A DNA stretch of 60,886 nucleotides, filler included, from Sphacelaria rigidula (GCA_964200075.2; 10 parts of 10 records of this genome joined end to end with filler, not necessarily neighbours in it); one strand, 5' to 3'. Counted from the first letter of the whole stretch, positions 12,883 to 25,475 are shown. The notes: generated from the sequence alone by a model not told the origin. Made by a program: numbers and translations.

Positions 12883-15800
12883 ATGAGTTACACCGCCACC
12901 AGTTCCGACCGCATGGCGGCCGTATTCAAACGGGTACCGACATGTTCGAACGATAAGAACACCTTCATTGCATGGAAAGATCAGCTGCGAGTAGCTATCT
13001 CTATCGTTGACAAGCCCATGTTTGCCGTTCTCAACGGTCAACGAAGGCCTACTGACGAACCAGCAGGGCGCGCATGGGACCGAAAAAACAGCGACCTGTT
13101 TTCGCTGTTGTTCCTTTCAACGACCGGGCCTGCAGCTGCGACCATCCGACGCTTCTTGTACACAGAGGATGGAGATCTCGATGACCCGCGGGTCGGCGAT
13201 GGGCAAGGTGCGTGGAAGGCCTTGGTTGACAACTTTGACGGCAACACCAAAGCGGCTAGGCGGGTAGTTCACGCTCAGCTGGTTAGCCGCACGATGAACC
13301 GGGCGAGGACCCCGAAAATTTCTTCCAAGACATGGACGAAATTCGACTGCGTCTGGAGGGTCTCGGGGATCAAATGCACGACGATCGCTACGAGGACATA
13401 ATCCTCAAGGCGATAACCCCCGAGTATGACTTCGTGCGCACAAAATGCTACACCGAGCGCGACTTCGGCCTCGACAACATTCGCACCGCAATGTGCAACG
13501 CGTACAATGATCGGAGTATTGGTACGTCAACTGCACCAACCGTGGCCGGACCTGGAGCGGCCATGCAGGCTACGACATCTCGTATACAGTGTCACCTTTG
13601 CAAGGGGTGTGGGCACTATCAACGTGAATGCCCGAAAAACAAGCGAAGTCGGACACGGCCGAGTGACCCAACACAGAGACGTTGAAAAGCAGGCAAGAAG
13701 AACGGAGGTAACGAAGCATCAAAATGGTGCTCGTATCATAGAACAACAACACACAGCGATGCCGAGTGCAAGGTACAACGAAAGAAAGCAGGAGCGAATG
13801 GAAGCGCCAACATCGCCAATGTAAGCATTCCCGGGTTGTTCATCCCGCCGCCTGCCGCGGCGACGACTGCATACAGCAATTCGTCCGGAACAGTCGGAAA
13901 TCCCTGCGACCTGTGATGACAGAGTCGGCTCCTCCAGTGTTTTCCTTCGGCGCGTCCACCCTACCACAGCATGCTGGAAAAAACACGATTGACCTCTTCG
14001 GTGCCTTCGGTGGGGGTACTGGAGCAGCTTTCATGGCGGCGGTGCCAACGGCTCGGACAGCCAACGACACCAACTCCGTAACCTGGCTGATGGACAGTGG
14101 CGCGACCAGTCACTACTTGGACACCAATCTCGAGTCGGGTGTTTTAGCTCGGGCGAGTGAGTACACGGCCCTCGAACGGTCGTTCAAAATCGTAACAGGG
14201 AGACATGATGTAGTTGAAGCAGTTACAACTGCCACAATTCATGGTATAGTGGCCGACAGAGAAGAGAAGGCGCACCATGTCGCCCTCTCTTGCTTCGTCG
14301 TTCCCGGACTCGGGCGTCATCTGTTCTCCGTGAAAGTGGCGACCAAGCAAGGCATCATCGCCATCTTCGATCAACATCATCCCCGACTGAAGATTTCATC
14401 GTTCGCGCTTCCCCTGGAACAATCGATCCATGACCAAGACCTCTGCACGTTCCGCATGAAGCTGAGCAGCCACGCGGAGCAGCAACCTGGAGTGGCTATG
14501 CACGTCAGCACCGGCGCAAATCTCTGGCATCGTCGACTTGGTCACGTCGGCATTGAGAGCCTGAATGTACGTCGGAAGGTGGAAGGCTCTGGTAGCAGCT
14601 TCGATGGAAAGCTACCACCCTGTGACATTTGCGCCCTGAGCAAAAGCAAACAACAACCACGCCCGAGAACTGCGGACTATAAGGTGAACACTCCCTTCCA
14701 TCTCGTTTTCGGCGACTTCATGGGGCCATTTGTACCTGCTGCAATGGGCGGCTACAGCTACGTGTCTGAAATTACCGATCAGCATACCAAGTATCGAGTG
14801 GTTTATCTGCCAAAACTAAGAGTGACGCCCTCAGCACAATCCAGACCTTTGTTAAATCGGTGGTGATACCGATGGGGCTACGAGTTCAACGTCTTCGTAC
14901 AGATAAAGGCGGCGAGTACAAGGGACAAGAGTCCAAGGACTACTGCCTCAGCACTGGCATTCGTCATGAATACGCCTCTACGAATACTCTGCAGCAGGTG
15001 GGGGTTTCCAAGCGCGACGGCGGCATCCAGCTATGACACGTTGTCTCCTTAAGGACAGTGAACTACCACCGTTCTTATGGGCGAATTGATGTTTACTGCG
15101 GCATATCTCCCCAAGTGTGTACCTCATTCGGCGCTCAACATGGTGACACCATACAAGGAATTATACGGCAATGACGCGAACCTCTCTCATCTCCGTGTCA
15201 TTGGCGCACGGGCCTTTGTACATGTGGAGATACATACGAAGCAAATGGCGGACCAGGCTTGGGAGGGATCACTGTACGGTTACAGCCCTAACAGCAAGTC
15301 TTACCGGATATACAACCCTGCCACCAAGCGTGTGGTGGAAAGCCGGAACGTAGTCTTCCCTGAGACCCCGCCACATGTCCTTCCATGGGATCATACTTCT
15401 TGCAACAAGTACGAAACCGACGACGATTTCGCGAGGGACGTTCGCAATCATGGCATTAGCCTTTTCAACGACCCCACTACCACGTCTGCTGAATCCTCGT
15501 CCAACATCCACGAACGTATGATCAAACTGTTTGGAAACCTACGCGGCGTGACGGACCGCGTCAACGACCTTATCGGATCTTCATCGGGAGAGGTCCCCAC
15601 TGGAGCGTCCCCAGGAGGGGGAGTCACTGAAGGTTCACCTCCAGCTACAACACCGTCACCTACAGCGGATACTTCGCGTGTCAGCACGCGGGCTAATCCA
15701 CAAGCCCCGATAGACATCATCTCCGGCGCGAGCACGAGAAGAGCTCAAGCCCGCGAGCTAAAGCGCCTGGAGATTTTGGCCAATTTCTACGCCAGGGCAA

Positions 15801-17786
15801 ATATGCGAGACATCGCTCACGAGGATGGAGTTTCCTTTCTGGAGTATGCGTACTCTGCCACAAACACCCAAATTCGGAGTTGTTCGGAGGGGGAGAAAGC
15901 GGCCATAGTGCCGAACACCTTTCAAGAGGAAATGCGACTGCCAGAGGCGAAGCAGTGGAAGGCAGCATCAGACAAAGAAATAGAAAGCCTCCGTTCCAAT
16001 AATGTCTTCACGCTTGTACCCTTCACGGCGATTCCTGCAGGGATGGAAGCCATCGGATCCCGGTGGGTGTACAAGGTAAACGCCGACAACACATACAAGG
16101 GAAGACTGGTCGTCCAAGGATGGGGACAAGTACCGGGCATCGACTGCGGCGGCACCTTCGCTCCCGTCTGCAGGCTACAGAGCATCGGTGACTGCTGCCG
16201 AGATAGCCCCCCCCCCGGACCGGCCAAAAAGGTGCACGGAGGCGATGATCATAAATGCCGTTAGAGCTGGTTTCGTGCTGCACGACGCGACTCATTCAGG
16301 CGTCATAGCTTATTTCGGACTGCTACGCGTCACTCATGTGGGCGAAGTTGCTGAAACGAGCCCAATAGTAGGATCGCAGCCGGTTTGTCGGACGGTCTCC
16401 GGTGCACTTCTTGTGGGGGGGCTATCTCGGCATCAGTCCCGTATGGTGCTTGCAGCGGCCGCGGAGATTGACTGGGAAATCTGGCAGCTGGACGTGCAGA
16501 CGGCATTTCTAAACGCGCCCGTTGAAGAGGAAGTTTACGTCAAGATGGCCCCGGGCTACGAGGAGAACGATCCCGTGACGAGAGTTCCTCTCGTGATGAA
16601 GCTCAATAAGTCGTTATATGGCCTTCGCCAGTCGCCACTAAAGTGGTGGAACACCATGGACAAATTTCTGGGGGAGATCGGTTTCACCTCTCTCGCTTGA
16701 GATCCCTGCATCTACGCCTTCACTGACAACGACGACAACGACAACACCAGGGCCGGTAACTCCCGGGGCGACACCGTCAGCACCGCTCTCGAAAAGAGGG
16801 AGGTCGTCGCGCTTCTCACCCTCTACGTGGACGATGTGCTCCTTGTTGGAGGGGACGTGGCAATACTGCAGATGCTCAAGAGAAAGCTCATGGTTCGTTT
16901 CAAAATGACGGACATGGGAGACGTATCACTTGTTCTCGGAATGAGAGTCACCCGAGACCGCAAGAATGGACCGCTCACTCTCAGCCACGAGAACTACACC
17001 AAATCGATCCTGGAGAAGTACGGCATGGGGGACTGCAACCCGCTGAGCACACCAGGAACGGGAGCAGAGCTGTCATTGAATCAACCGGAAGAGCAGCGTC
17101 TGGATCCGGCGACAACACAGCGATACCAGGCGATCACTGTCTCGTTAATGTATCTAGCACAAGTGACCCGGTATGGCATCCAGTTTGCTGTCAACCAGCT
17201 TGCGAGAGCGATATCAACAATATCAAAAGCACACATGGGTGCTGCGAAACATCTTCTACGTTACCTTGCGGGGAGTGCTAGTTTCGATATCACATACAGG
17301 AATGGAGGATTTCAGCTCACCGCGTTTTCGGACGCCAACTGGGGGAACAACCCGGATGACGAGAAATCGATGCCCTCGTATATCGTCATGCTCTCGAACG
17401 CTCCGGTGAGTTTCAAAGTCGGAATACAGGGTCTAACTGCTCAGTCGACAATGGAAGCTGAGCTTGTGGCGGCAGCGCTGGCAATGAAGGAGGCTGTACT
17501 CTGTTCTAACATGATGATGGAGCTGGGATTCGGCGAGGCATTTCACAGTGTTACGGTTCACATCGACAACACCTCAACGCTTCACGTTGCCGGTAACAGC
17601 ACCTACAGTGGACGGACCAAGCATGTGGCATTGCGCTACTTCTTCATTCGCGAACTCATCAAGAAGCGGAGGATCACCCTTCATCATCCGGACAACAAGA
17701 ACAACATCGCCGACATTGGGACGAAATACCTGGGCAAAAGTCGTCACCTGCATCTGCTGCACGTAATCAAGACCTTTAGGACTTAA
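12883..17786 (+). pseudogene. Copia gag-pol polyprotein, disrupted
   Basis: Zn knuckle CHLCKGCGHYQREC, KWCSYHRTTTHSDAEC motif, protease WLMDSGATSH, LWHRRLGH...CDIC, integrase core, RT (SRWVYKV, QLDVQTAFL, KSLYGLRQSP, YVDD), RNase H (FSDANWG, STMEAE, IDNTS, RTKH, ADIGTK). Several frameshifts, a TGA at 16698 and an insertion at 16187. Confidence 0.95.
16187..16439. mobile_element. 253-bp fold-back MITE inserted in the copia RT
   Basis: TIR GACTGCTGCCGAGATAGCCCCCCC / GGGGGGGCTATCTCGGCATCAGTC. Removing it restores FAPVCRLQSI-RMVLAAAAE. Confidence 0.9.
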
Positions 17787-18008
17787 AATAGAGACGCGAA
17801 CCAGGGAGCTGGTCTGATGCGTACTTTCTAGCGTGTGGTTGGATCACGACTGTGTTTTGAATAAACGAGAACGTAGGAAGTGTTGAGTTAAAAATCCGAG
17901 TGTACATTGTAGGGAATGTGCAGAAATGGAAGCATACGTTTCCATAAGTAGGCCTAGAAATATTCATCCGTCCGGATTTCTTTATCTCTCCTGAGTGCTA
18001 CTTCCATT

Positions 18009-18017
18009 GAGGGGGAG
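18009..18017 (+). promoter_or_regulatory. Polypurine tract of the copia element
   Basis: GAGGGGGAG immediately before the TG start of the 3' LTR. Confidence 0.85.
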
Positions 18018-18297
18018 TGTCAAGAATTTCATGTTGCACAACATATGTGAGTCAATGTTCAGTAGCATCAAGCTGAAATACGGAGGCTTGTTCACTGAGT
18101 AACAGGCGGGACATTATGCGGGGCAATAGGAAACGGTTAGAGTTGTTGTACAACCTTCGAGAATCCTGTGGTGTGAAGATTGTTCTGCAAAGATATCNNN
18201 NNNNNNNNNNNNNNNNNNNNNNNNNNNNNNNNNNNNNNNNNTTAATTAATTAANNNNNNNNNNNNNNNNNNNNNNNNNNNNNNNNNNNNNNNNNNNN

Positions 18298-18856
18298 CTT
18301 GTCCACCTTTCCTGCCTGGGTTCTCGCTATCCCTTTTATCCCTGCCCACATTTGTTTTATCCCGCCGTCGAAATCTTCATTTGCTTTATTCCCTTCACCT
18401 TCTCAAACTTTCTTCTTTTTCTGCTGTACCATCTTTTCAAGTCCCTTTCGAGCTTTAGTATACTCCTCCTATCCTCCCGTAGTTTCACTTGATATCCACT
18501 TCGCGTGGGCGTCTCTCCTTACTCTTCTAGCCTCTTTCCCTTCCTCATCCCACCATTCTACCGCTCTGTTGCATACGACCAGTTTCCTCCCGATGCCTTT
18601 ACTCGCTGTTTTCTTCACCATCTGCTCCCATTATTGTATGATCTTCGCTTCTGTCTGATTTCTTTTCATTTCGGTGTCAACTGTACTTACGCGTTCCAAC
18701 AGCTCGGAAATCTTCACTGCATTTTTTGCCATCTTTTCTTCTTTTTGGAACACTTGCCGGTTTTTTCCATATTTAGTTTATCGATTCTCCATTTGTACGA
18801 CTTCCTACCCCGACTTTTTCTCTTAGCTCTCGTCTGTTGGCTTTCTGTCCATATTA
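18298..18856 (-). pseudogene. LINE ORF2 fragment (end of the endonuclease and linker toward RT)
   Basis: Continues TDHCL|IWTESQQTR...KWRIDKL...WWDEE...QMWAGIK once 18857-20946 is removed. Contains frameshifts and stops. Confidence 0.85.
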
Positions 18857-20946
18857 GAACACAGGATCTTAAGAATTGGGGATGGATCTTTTATTGGGGA
18901 TGAGAAACCCAGAGAAAACAAATCTTCCACACCCTGGACAAAACAATATGTTTTCGATATATATTAGTCAATGATATTGAAACTTTGCTATATATTGCCG
19001 GCGTAATGTATGTTGGTACCCTTGGATCGCACACGTATTTCGCGCCCAATATGTATCGATGTCGTGGGACTGCATACATATTGCCCGCCCAATATATATT
19101 GGTACCGTGGGGTTGAACACATATTGTCTTATCAATATATATTGGGGCAGTGTGGGTATATATATTGCACGACCAGTATATATTAGGATCGCATTGGTGA
19201 GAACATTTTGACCGGTCAAAATGTATTGGATTTGCGTGGGTGCCAATGCATTGGCCTGTCAATATATACTGTATATTATAAGTATGGTGTACACTTGAAA
19301 AACAATCCAGACGCGGTGGATGCCGGAGCCCGTGCAGATTGGGAAACGCGTCGAAGGGAGTGGCAGAGGCTCGCGTGCATTGCTACGAAGAGTTGTCGAA
19401 TTCGATTGATATGTATATATGTATATGTGAAAATACTCATCAGAAAATATGGTGGCAGAAGAGGCGACCCGGTATATATGCCTTCTGATACCTGTCTCGT
19501 CACTGGTACGGGGCCGCCCATCCCCTTCACAGCATGTAATATGCCCTGGCTAAACAACACGACAGGAAACGCGGGTCGATATGCGTCTTTTCGTGCCCCT
19601 GTGGTCACCGGTCCTGTGTCGCTCATACCCTGGACAATACAACATGTTCCAATACGATACTAATACTTTGTATTGGAGACAGCGCAAATATTGTCATTTC
19701 AATATACATTGTGTCGAGATTTCCTCGAAGATATTGAAGCAACAACATATATTTCTCGTGCCATGATCGTGAAGTAGTGCATGACAATATACGTTGGACG
19801 TGCACTTACTCCGGGAACAAAACAGTCAATACATATTGTGCATGCCGGCCTTGAATGTATTGAAGTGTCAATATATATTGAGTCAAAGTGATGCGGATAA
19901 TATTGTTGCAATAATATATACTGAGCGCAAACCATGCAAAAGCATTATTTTCCCAATATATATTGCGCACGCTCATCGCATAGCTATTGCTACACCAATA
20001 CATATTGAACACGCTCGCGGAGGAATATATTGAGCGTTTTCGGCATGTGGTAATACATCTTTCAATGGCGCCCGCGTACATAGAACTGCCCACCATACTA
20101 ATCCCGATGCGCTTTCCAAAATACACATTGAATCACCAATATATATTGCCACACCAGTATGTTTTGTGACGGTCGGCTCCTTCGTGTATTGTTTGCCCAT
20201 TATATATTGGACGCATTGACGCACGACATGTTGGGGCGGCAATATACATTGGCGCTTTGGGTGTTGAGTATATTGAACCATCAATATATGTATATTGACC
20301 TCGTGTGGCAGCCAGTATATTTCTCCACAAATATATGTTGGTGCCTTACCGCACCAACCTATTACTCGGCCTATAAATATTGAGGTGGCGCGTGTCGTGA
20401 TATATTGTTTGGTCGATATATATTGCATGTCGCGAGCCTTGACATACTGGTGGTACAACATATATTGACCCTCTCTCGTGTCATCATATTGCTCACCCAA
20501 TATATATTGACCACCCGACGCGTCGATATATTGAGCGAGCAATATATATATATATTACATATTGTATTGTCCAGGGTGTGAAATCTTCGTATCCACATCA
20601 AATCTTTGAAATATGATTCCATTTCTTCACGTACTGATAGCTATAGACAACTGCTACACGCGATAGAAATTTGAATTTCGATCATCAAAGTTTTGGGATC
20701 CTAGGTGAAAAAACAATTCGGAACCATTTTGGCGCCCGTTCGGACACCCGAAATTCCCCAAAAAGGGTTTTTCACCTAGGATCCCAACATTTTCTATGCC
20801 GTGTAGCAGTTTTCAATAGTGATCAGTAGGTGAAGAAATGGAACGATGTTGCGAAGATTTGGGGTGGATATGATGATTTTAATTCCCCGGGTTTCTCATC
20901 CTCAATAAAACGATCCATCACCAATAATTTGTAAGATCCCGTGTTT
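18857..20946. mobile_element. TA-TSD TIR element (about 430 bp without its nested insert) inserted in the LINE endonuclease
   Basis: TA|GAACACAGGATCTTA...TAAGATCCCGTGTTT|TA with long imperfect inverted arms. An uninterrupted relative lies at 26257-26692. Confidence 0.9.
18928..20580. mobile_element. Non-autonomous TIR element with an 8-bp TSD and a phased palindrome array
   Basis: TSD AAATCTTC at 18920-18927 and 20581-20588. TIR CACACCCTGGACAA(A/T)ACAATATG. Internal extra TIR copy at 19624. Confidence 0.9.
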
Positions 20947-21700
20947 TAGGCAATGATCTGTGTTTCCCCCGTCCTCCGCGCATATATGTACTTCCATTTC
21001 TCTACTATTCCCATGCTACACTACATAGGCAAGAACGGAGTGTTGTTTTTTATCCTTTGCATTCCCTCGTCCATGTCCATTGCGTCTCTGGCTCTTATGC
21101 TCTATCGTTCAGCTTCTTCATCTCGTTGTGCCCGAGGAGTTTCAGCATTTCTACCTCATTAGTGTTCTTCTTATCTTCCCCGTATTGCTCAATGATATCA
21201 TCCGGTTGACCTGCTCTTCCTACCCTTGCATTGAAACCTTCCACTAACAATACTTCTCCTTGCCTTTTAAACTTATGTACATCCGCTGCTATCTCTACAA
21301 ACCTCCGTTGTATACCGTTAACCCTACTCTTCGATTCTGGGGGCATGTAGACGTTACCCACGGAGAAGTCTTTCATTCCCCGCTTTCCTGGTACCCTTAG
21401 CCATATGCTCTCGTCGAATTTCATGTAATCGATTACTTCTACACTGTCGCACAGATATTCCTTGACCAGGAATACTACTCTCCCCGCTCCCCTGCTTTTG
21501 GACTTCTGTCCCTTCCGCTTCTACCTATCCATGCGTACTCTTCAACTTCGCATCCTATTCCCGCCCCCTGTTTCTCCCATGACTCTTGAATTCCTACTAT
21601 ATCTAGGTCGTGTTTGCTCACTTGTTGCACTATCTCTTCTCTTTTGCGCTTGACTATGGCGAACCTACACACGTTCCACGATCCTATTCTGAAATTCTTC
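20947..21700 (-). pseudogene. LINE ORF2 APE-like endonuclease domain, decayed
   Basis: RIGSWNV...DIVGIQESW...GVVFLVK...ESIWLRV...VGNVYMPP...EGFNARVG...TDH motifs across frameshifts. The upstream region 21700-22300 is probably a decayed ORF1. Confidence 0.9.
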
Positions 21701-22989
21701 TTGAATCATTATCTGCTCTCGTGTTGTCTACTGTTCTCTCTCCGTCGCTTTTACTTTCACTTTTCCTCGCTTGGTTGTTCTTCCCGTTTCTGCGTTAGAC
21801 TTTGTCTATTTGCTCCGGGCAGCTATGTCCCCTCCCCTTTCCCTTTTGGACACTTACCTGTTCCTGCCTCTCCCCCCCTCCGTTTACCCGTGGACTGCGT
21901 CCTAACCTTGTTGTTCCATTAGCTATGCATACTCCCCACCCTATTTTTCTAACCCATGCCGAGACCTTACTTGTCTCAATCGTTTCCCACTCCTTGCTCG
22001 CCGTCTGTTTCAGCGTGACTCGGGAGTGTTCTCCCTCCCTTTCTACTTTTCCTGTTGCCAAACAGTACAGTCGAAATCCACGGCATCTCCTTTAAAACTA
22101 ATTTCTATACTGTCACTTCGATACGAACTCCAAATACGAGCATTACTAGTACGTTACCCGTCCAATCTTTACTTCTAAATCCACCCTTCCTTACCGCCTC
22201 TCTCTCGATCTCTTTCAAGATAACCTCCGGCTTGTTCGTTTCAATTGTTTCGGAGGAATGTAGTCAGCGTACTCGGACATCCCAATCCTAGTACTCGTTG
22301 GGGGCCTGGTGTCTCTCATTGTTTTTGCTGGCTCACCGACACTGTATTATGCCTCTAACACGGGCTCGTAGCCTGAAGCCAAGTTCAACACCTTTCACAC
22401 AAGTACCCCACATGATCTTCATGGTAAAACATCCAGGCGTCCCACGAGGATCGCATCTTCTATCTCCTTGCCCCTCTGCTGTACTGGCTACTTTCCTCCA
22501 GGGAGGTCATTTCCACCGTACAAGGTTTAAGGACGGCTTGCATAACACATGACCTCACTCACATCAGGATGTCCCGTACATCACTTTTCCCACTCCGTGT
22601 ACGGTTCACCATGGGTCGCTACTCCAAAGATGCTTCCGAGTAGACCTTTGCTGCCGAAAGCTTGGCCAACGATTCCCCACACTTCGTACCAGCTTCTATC
22701 CTTCAAGATCTCAAGAAGTCTACCTACCACTTGGTGCTCCTTCTCGTAGACCACGTGGTCGGTCATCGGTAAGGTGTTTGTTCCATGAGTGCAATAGGTC
22801 TTGACGTTCACGTCATGCACTGTCTACCCCTCCCCTCCCTTGGACGCTTTTTGCATCTAATGCCGGAAATTTCTGGAAATAATTGACCAGACTTCCACCG
22901 CCCAATGGAAACCGGTAAGGTTTTACGAGTATCTCACCACGAGCCTCTAACCTCTATGTGAATCTGACACGGAGGGGGTGATGACCCTA

Positions 22990-23160
22990 CCCTGTCCGTA
23001 CTGGTTATATCTTCTGTACTTTCGATTTGCATGTAAGGTGATCAACCTTCACGCTGTTACGTACATGTCTGGGTCCCTATCCATACTGGTTATATCTGCT
23101 GTACTTTCGATATGCATGCAAGGTGGTCAACCCTCATGCTATTACTTGCATGTCTAGGGT
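22990..23160. repeat. 85-bp tandem duplication
   Basis: ccct.tcc.tactggttatatct.ctgtactttcgat.tgcatg.aaggtg.tcaacc at 22990 and 23075. Confidence 0.85.
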
Positions 23161-23261
23161 TTGGCCCTCATTCTTGTCTTACGCTTGTTACGATATCGGG
23201 GAGATTATCGGTTGTTTTCGGACTTGATATGGAAAAGTATATTTGATATTTATCACTATTC

Positions 23262-23990
23262 CACGTTTACGTTCGGGCTGTGTTATGGTAGCCTAAAGGA
23301 AAAGGAGGGTCAGCTTATTTATATCATGTTTATGTACGGACTGTGTCATGGTAAGTTAAGGAAAAATTACGGTGAGCTTATTCATTTCATGTCTATGTCC
23401 GGGCTGTGTTTTGGTATGATGAATAAAAGGGAGGGTTAGCTGCCTTATTCCATGTCTATGTCCAGGCTGTGTTATGGTATGCTGAGTAAAAAGGAATATT
23501 AGCCTATTTCACGTCTATCTCTGAGCTGTGTTATGGCAGGTTAACGAAAAAGGAGGGTCAGCTTCTCTATTTCATGCCTTTGTCCGGGCTGTCTTATGGT
23601 AGATTAAGGAACAGGAGGGTTACCTTCGCTACTCCATGCCCATGTCCGGGCTGTCTTATGGTAGGTTGAAGAAAAAGGAGGGTTAGCTCATCTATTTCAT
23701 GTCGACGTCCGGGCTATGTCATGGTAGGTTAAAAAAAAAAGAAGGCTAGCTTATCTATTTCATGTCTATGTCAGGGCTCTGTTATGGTAGGTTAAAGGAA
23801 AAGGAGGATCAGGTTATCTATTTAATGTCGATGTCCGCGCTGAATTACAGTAGATGAAAGAAAAAGGAGAGCTAGCCTATTTATTTTCATATCTACATCC
23901 GGTCTGTGTTATGCCAAAAAGGAGGGTTGGCCTCGTTATTATCATATCTATGTCCGGGCTGTGATATGGTGTCGGAAAAAAAAAACGTTT
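23262..23990. repeat. Minisatellite, about 62-63-bp unit, about 12 diverged copies
   Basis: Approximate consensus TCCGGGCTGTGTTATGGTAGGTTAA.GAAAAGGAGGGTTAGCTTATCTATTTCATGTCTATG. Confidence 0.95.
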
Positions 23991-24396
23991 TGGCATATCA
24001 CGTATATATCCATCTTGTGTGTTTTCGGCGGAAACAAATCGGGTTACCCAGGTTTTTGCATCTCTGTTGTGTCTCTCGGTCCGGGACTTTATTTGTCCAG
24101 TGGCAGTCCCTGGTATATGTACGGTGACAGTCAGTACATTTCATGTCTAGGTTTTGGTGGCTTGTTTTACAGCGCCGTTGACACTCAACGCCAATCAAAG
24201 GGTCTAGAGGTGAGGGCCCGGGGGGGGGGGGGGGGGCCCATTTTTTGTTTGCCTTAGTCGGGGGACCATTGACCCGGCATACCTTTCGGGCGGGGGNNNN
24301 NNNNNNNNNNNNNNNNNNNNNNNNNNNNNNNNNNNNNNNNTTAATTAATTAANNNNNNNNNNNNNNNNNNNNNNNNNNNNNNNNNNNNNNNNNNNN

Positions 24397-24492
24397 GTGA
24401 GAAAAAATTCCAGATCGCTCCGGGAATCGGACCCCCCAACTCAACCATCAGAAGGTTACGAGGTTACCAACTGAGCCACCGGGGCGACCGGC
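24397..24492 (-). mobile_element. tRNA-derived SINE, 5' head (truncated at the contig start)
   Basis: Reverse complement is GCCGGTCGCCCCGGTGGCTCAGTTGGTAACCTCG..TTCTGA..GTCCGATTCCC. Matches 45519-45615. Confidence 0.85.
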
Positions 24493-24947
24493 TAGTTGTT
24501 AGGAGCTCTTTATCTGACCCAAAACACGACTTATGAAAATATGTGAGAGTACGCCCGGATTACTATTCCAATGTGCTGGGGGTATCCCGAATGAATTTTC
24601 AAACGGGGATGTCCTGACTCATATTCTTGTGATCTAGAACCGTTAGGAGCCCCTGAGCTAGACAATATTTCGCGCAAAACGTGCACCCCTACCGTAGCAT
24701 GGCTCTGACACGGGGTTGACCATGTGTTGGTGCAACGACAAAAGCTACGTCAGGGAGTGACCTGCCCATTCACGGCGAGGCGAAACCCAGTCGAAATCTC
24801 TCGACGGCGGCACAACATACTGCTTGCTACATCAGATGTACATTACGTAATGCGCACCCTGCACCTGAAAATAGATTGGACGAACATTTCGGTCTTCATC
24901 ATAACCCTGCGCTTACATACGCGGGTTTTCAGCAACATGCTACAGTT

Positions 24948-25248
24948 AACAACGATTTCGTGAGATTGGGAGTAGAGTGTTGATTGAGAGTGGCTTTGAC
25001 CATTCGCTTTAACTTGGCCGATTGTTCATTCCGTGTTTCCTTTTCTTTGCCTCTATCACTGGCGTGTGCTTACAGCTACAGGTCGATATCCTACTCAGGG
25101 ATATCAAGGGCCTCAGTGGCGAGCTACTACAGAAAACATACTGAGTCCCGTGGAGGGACATTTCGGAACTAAAACGATTCACTCACTAATTGACCGTTTT
25201 TCACTCTCAATCGTATCCACTGCTCTCAATCTCACGAAAATATTGTTT
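24948..25248. mobile_element. MITE with CGTGAGATTG(A/G)GAGTAGA-type inverted ends (ends approximate)
   Basis: Inverted termini. Relatives at 26982-27880 (opposite orientation, with nested inserts) and 30496-30612 (partial). Confidence 0.7.
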
Positions 25249-25329
25249 GTTTCGTGCAGATGGTAGACACGCCATTCCTAACCAGCCTCATTGGTCGTTC
25301 TGGAAGCCCCGTCCCGAAGGGGTTAACTT

Positions 25330-25475
25330 TTTCCACAACGAACAATGACTAGAGTGCTCGCCCTAATATTTGTTTCTCCACAGTGATCAATGACTTAGGT
25401 GCTCGCCCTATAAACGTTTTCCACAACGAGCAATGACTCGAGCGCTCGCCCTATGAGTTTGTTTCCACAACGAGC
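25330..25475. repeat. About 44-bp tandem repeat, about 3.3 copies
   Basis: tttccacaacga.caatgact.gag.gctcgcccta repeated. Confidence 0.85.

Larger units (their letters stand above)
12199..18197 (+). mobile_element. Ty1/copia LTR retrotransposon, near full length, decayed; the contig breaks inside both LTRs
   Basis: 5' LTR end ...TAACA (12263), PBS, gag-PR-INT-RT-RH order, PPT GAGGGGGAG, then TGTCAAG (3' LTR from 18018). Confidence 0.97.

Noticed and set aside
16188..16436. Introner-like GT...AG splicing of the RT insert
   Set aside because: Splicing at GTGACT...CATCAG would leave 4 extra nt and a frameshift.
19973..20542. 189-aa ORF with 14-residue QYILxxQY repeats
   Set aside because: It is a by-product of the 42-bp DNA array. 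Units of 43 bp shift the frame, and similar peptides appear on both strands because the motif is palindromic.
18940..20560. True CRISPR array
   Set aside because: Eukaryotic TE context, degenerate repeats, short spacers, no cas genes or leader, and bounded by TIRs and a TSD.
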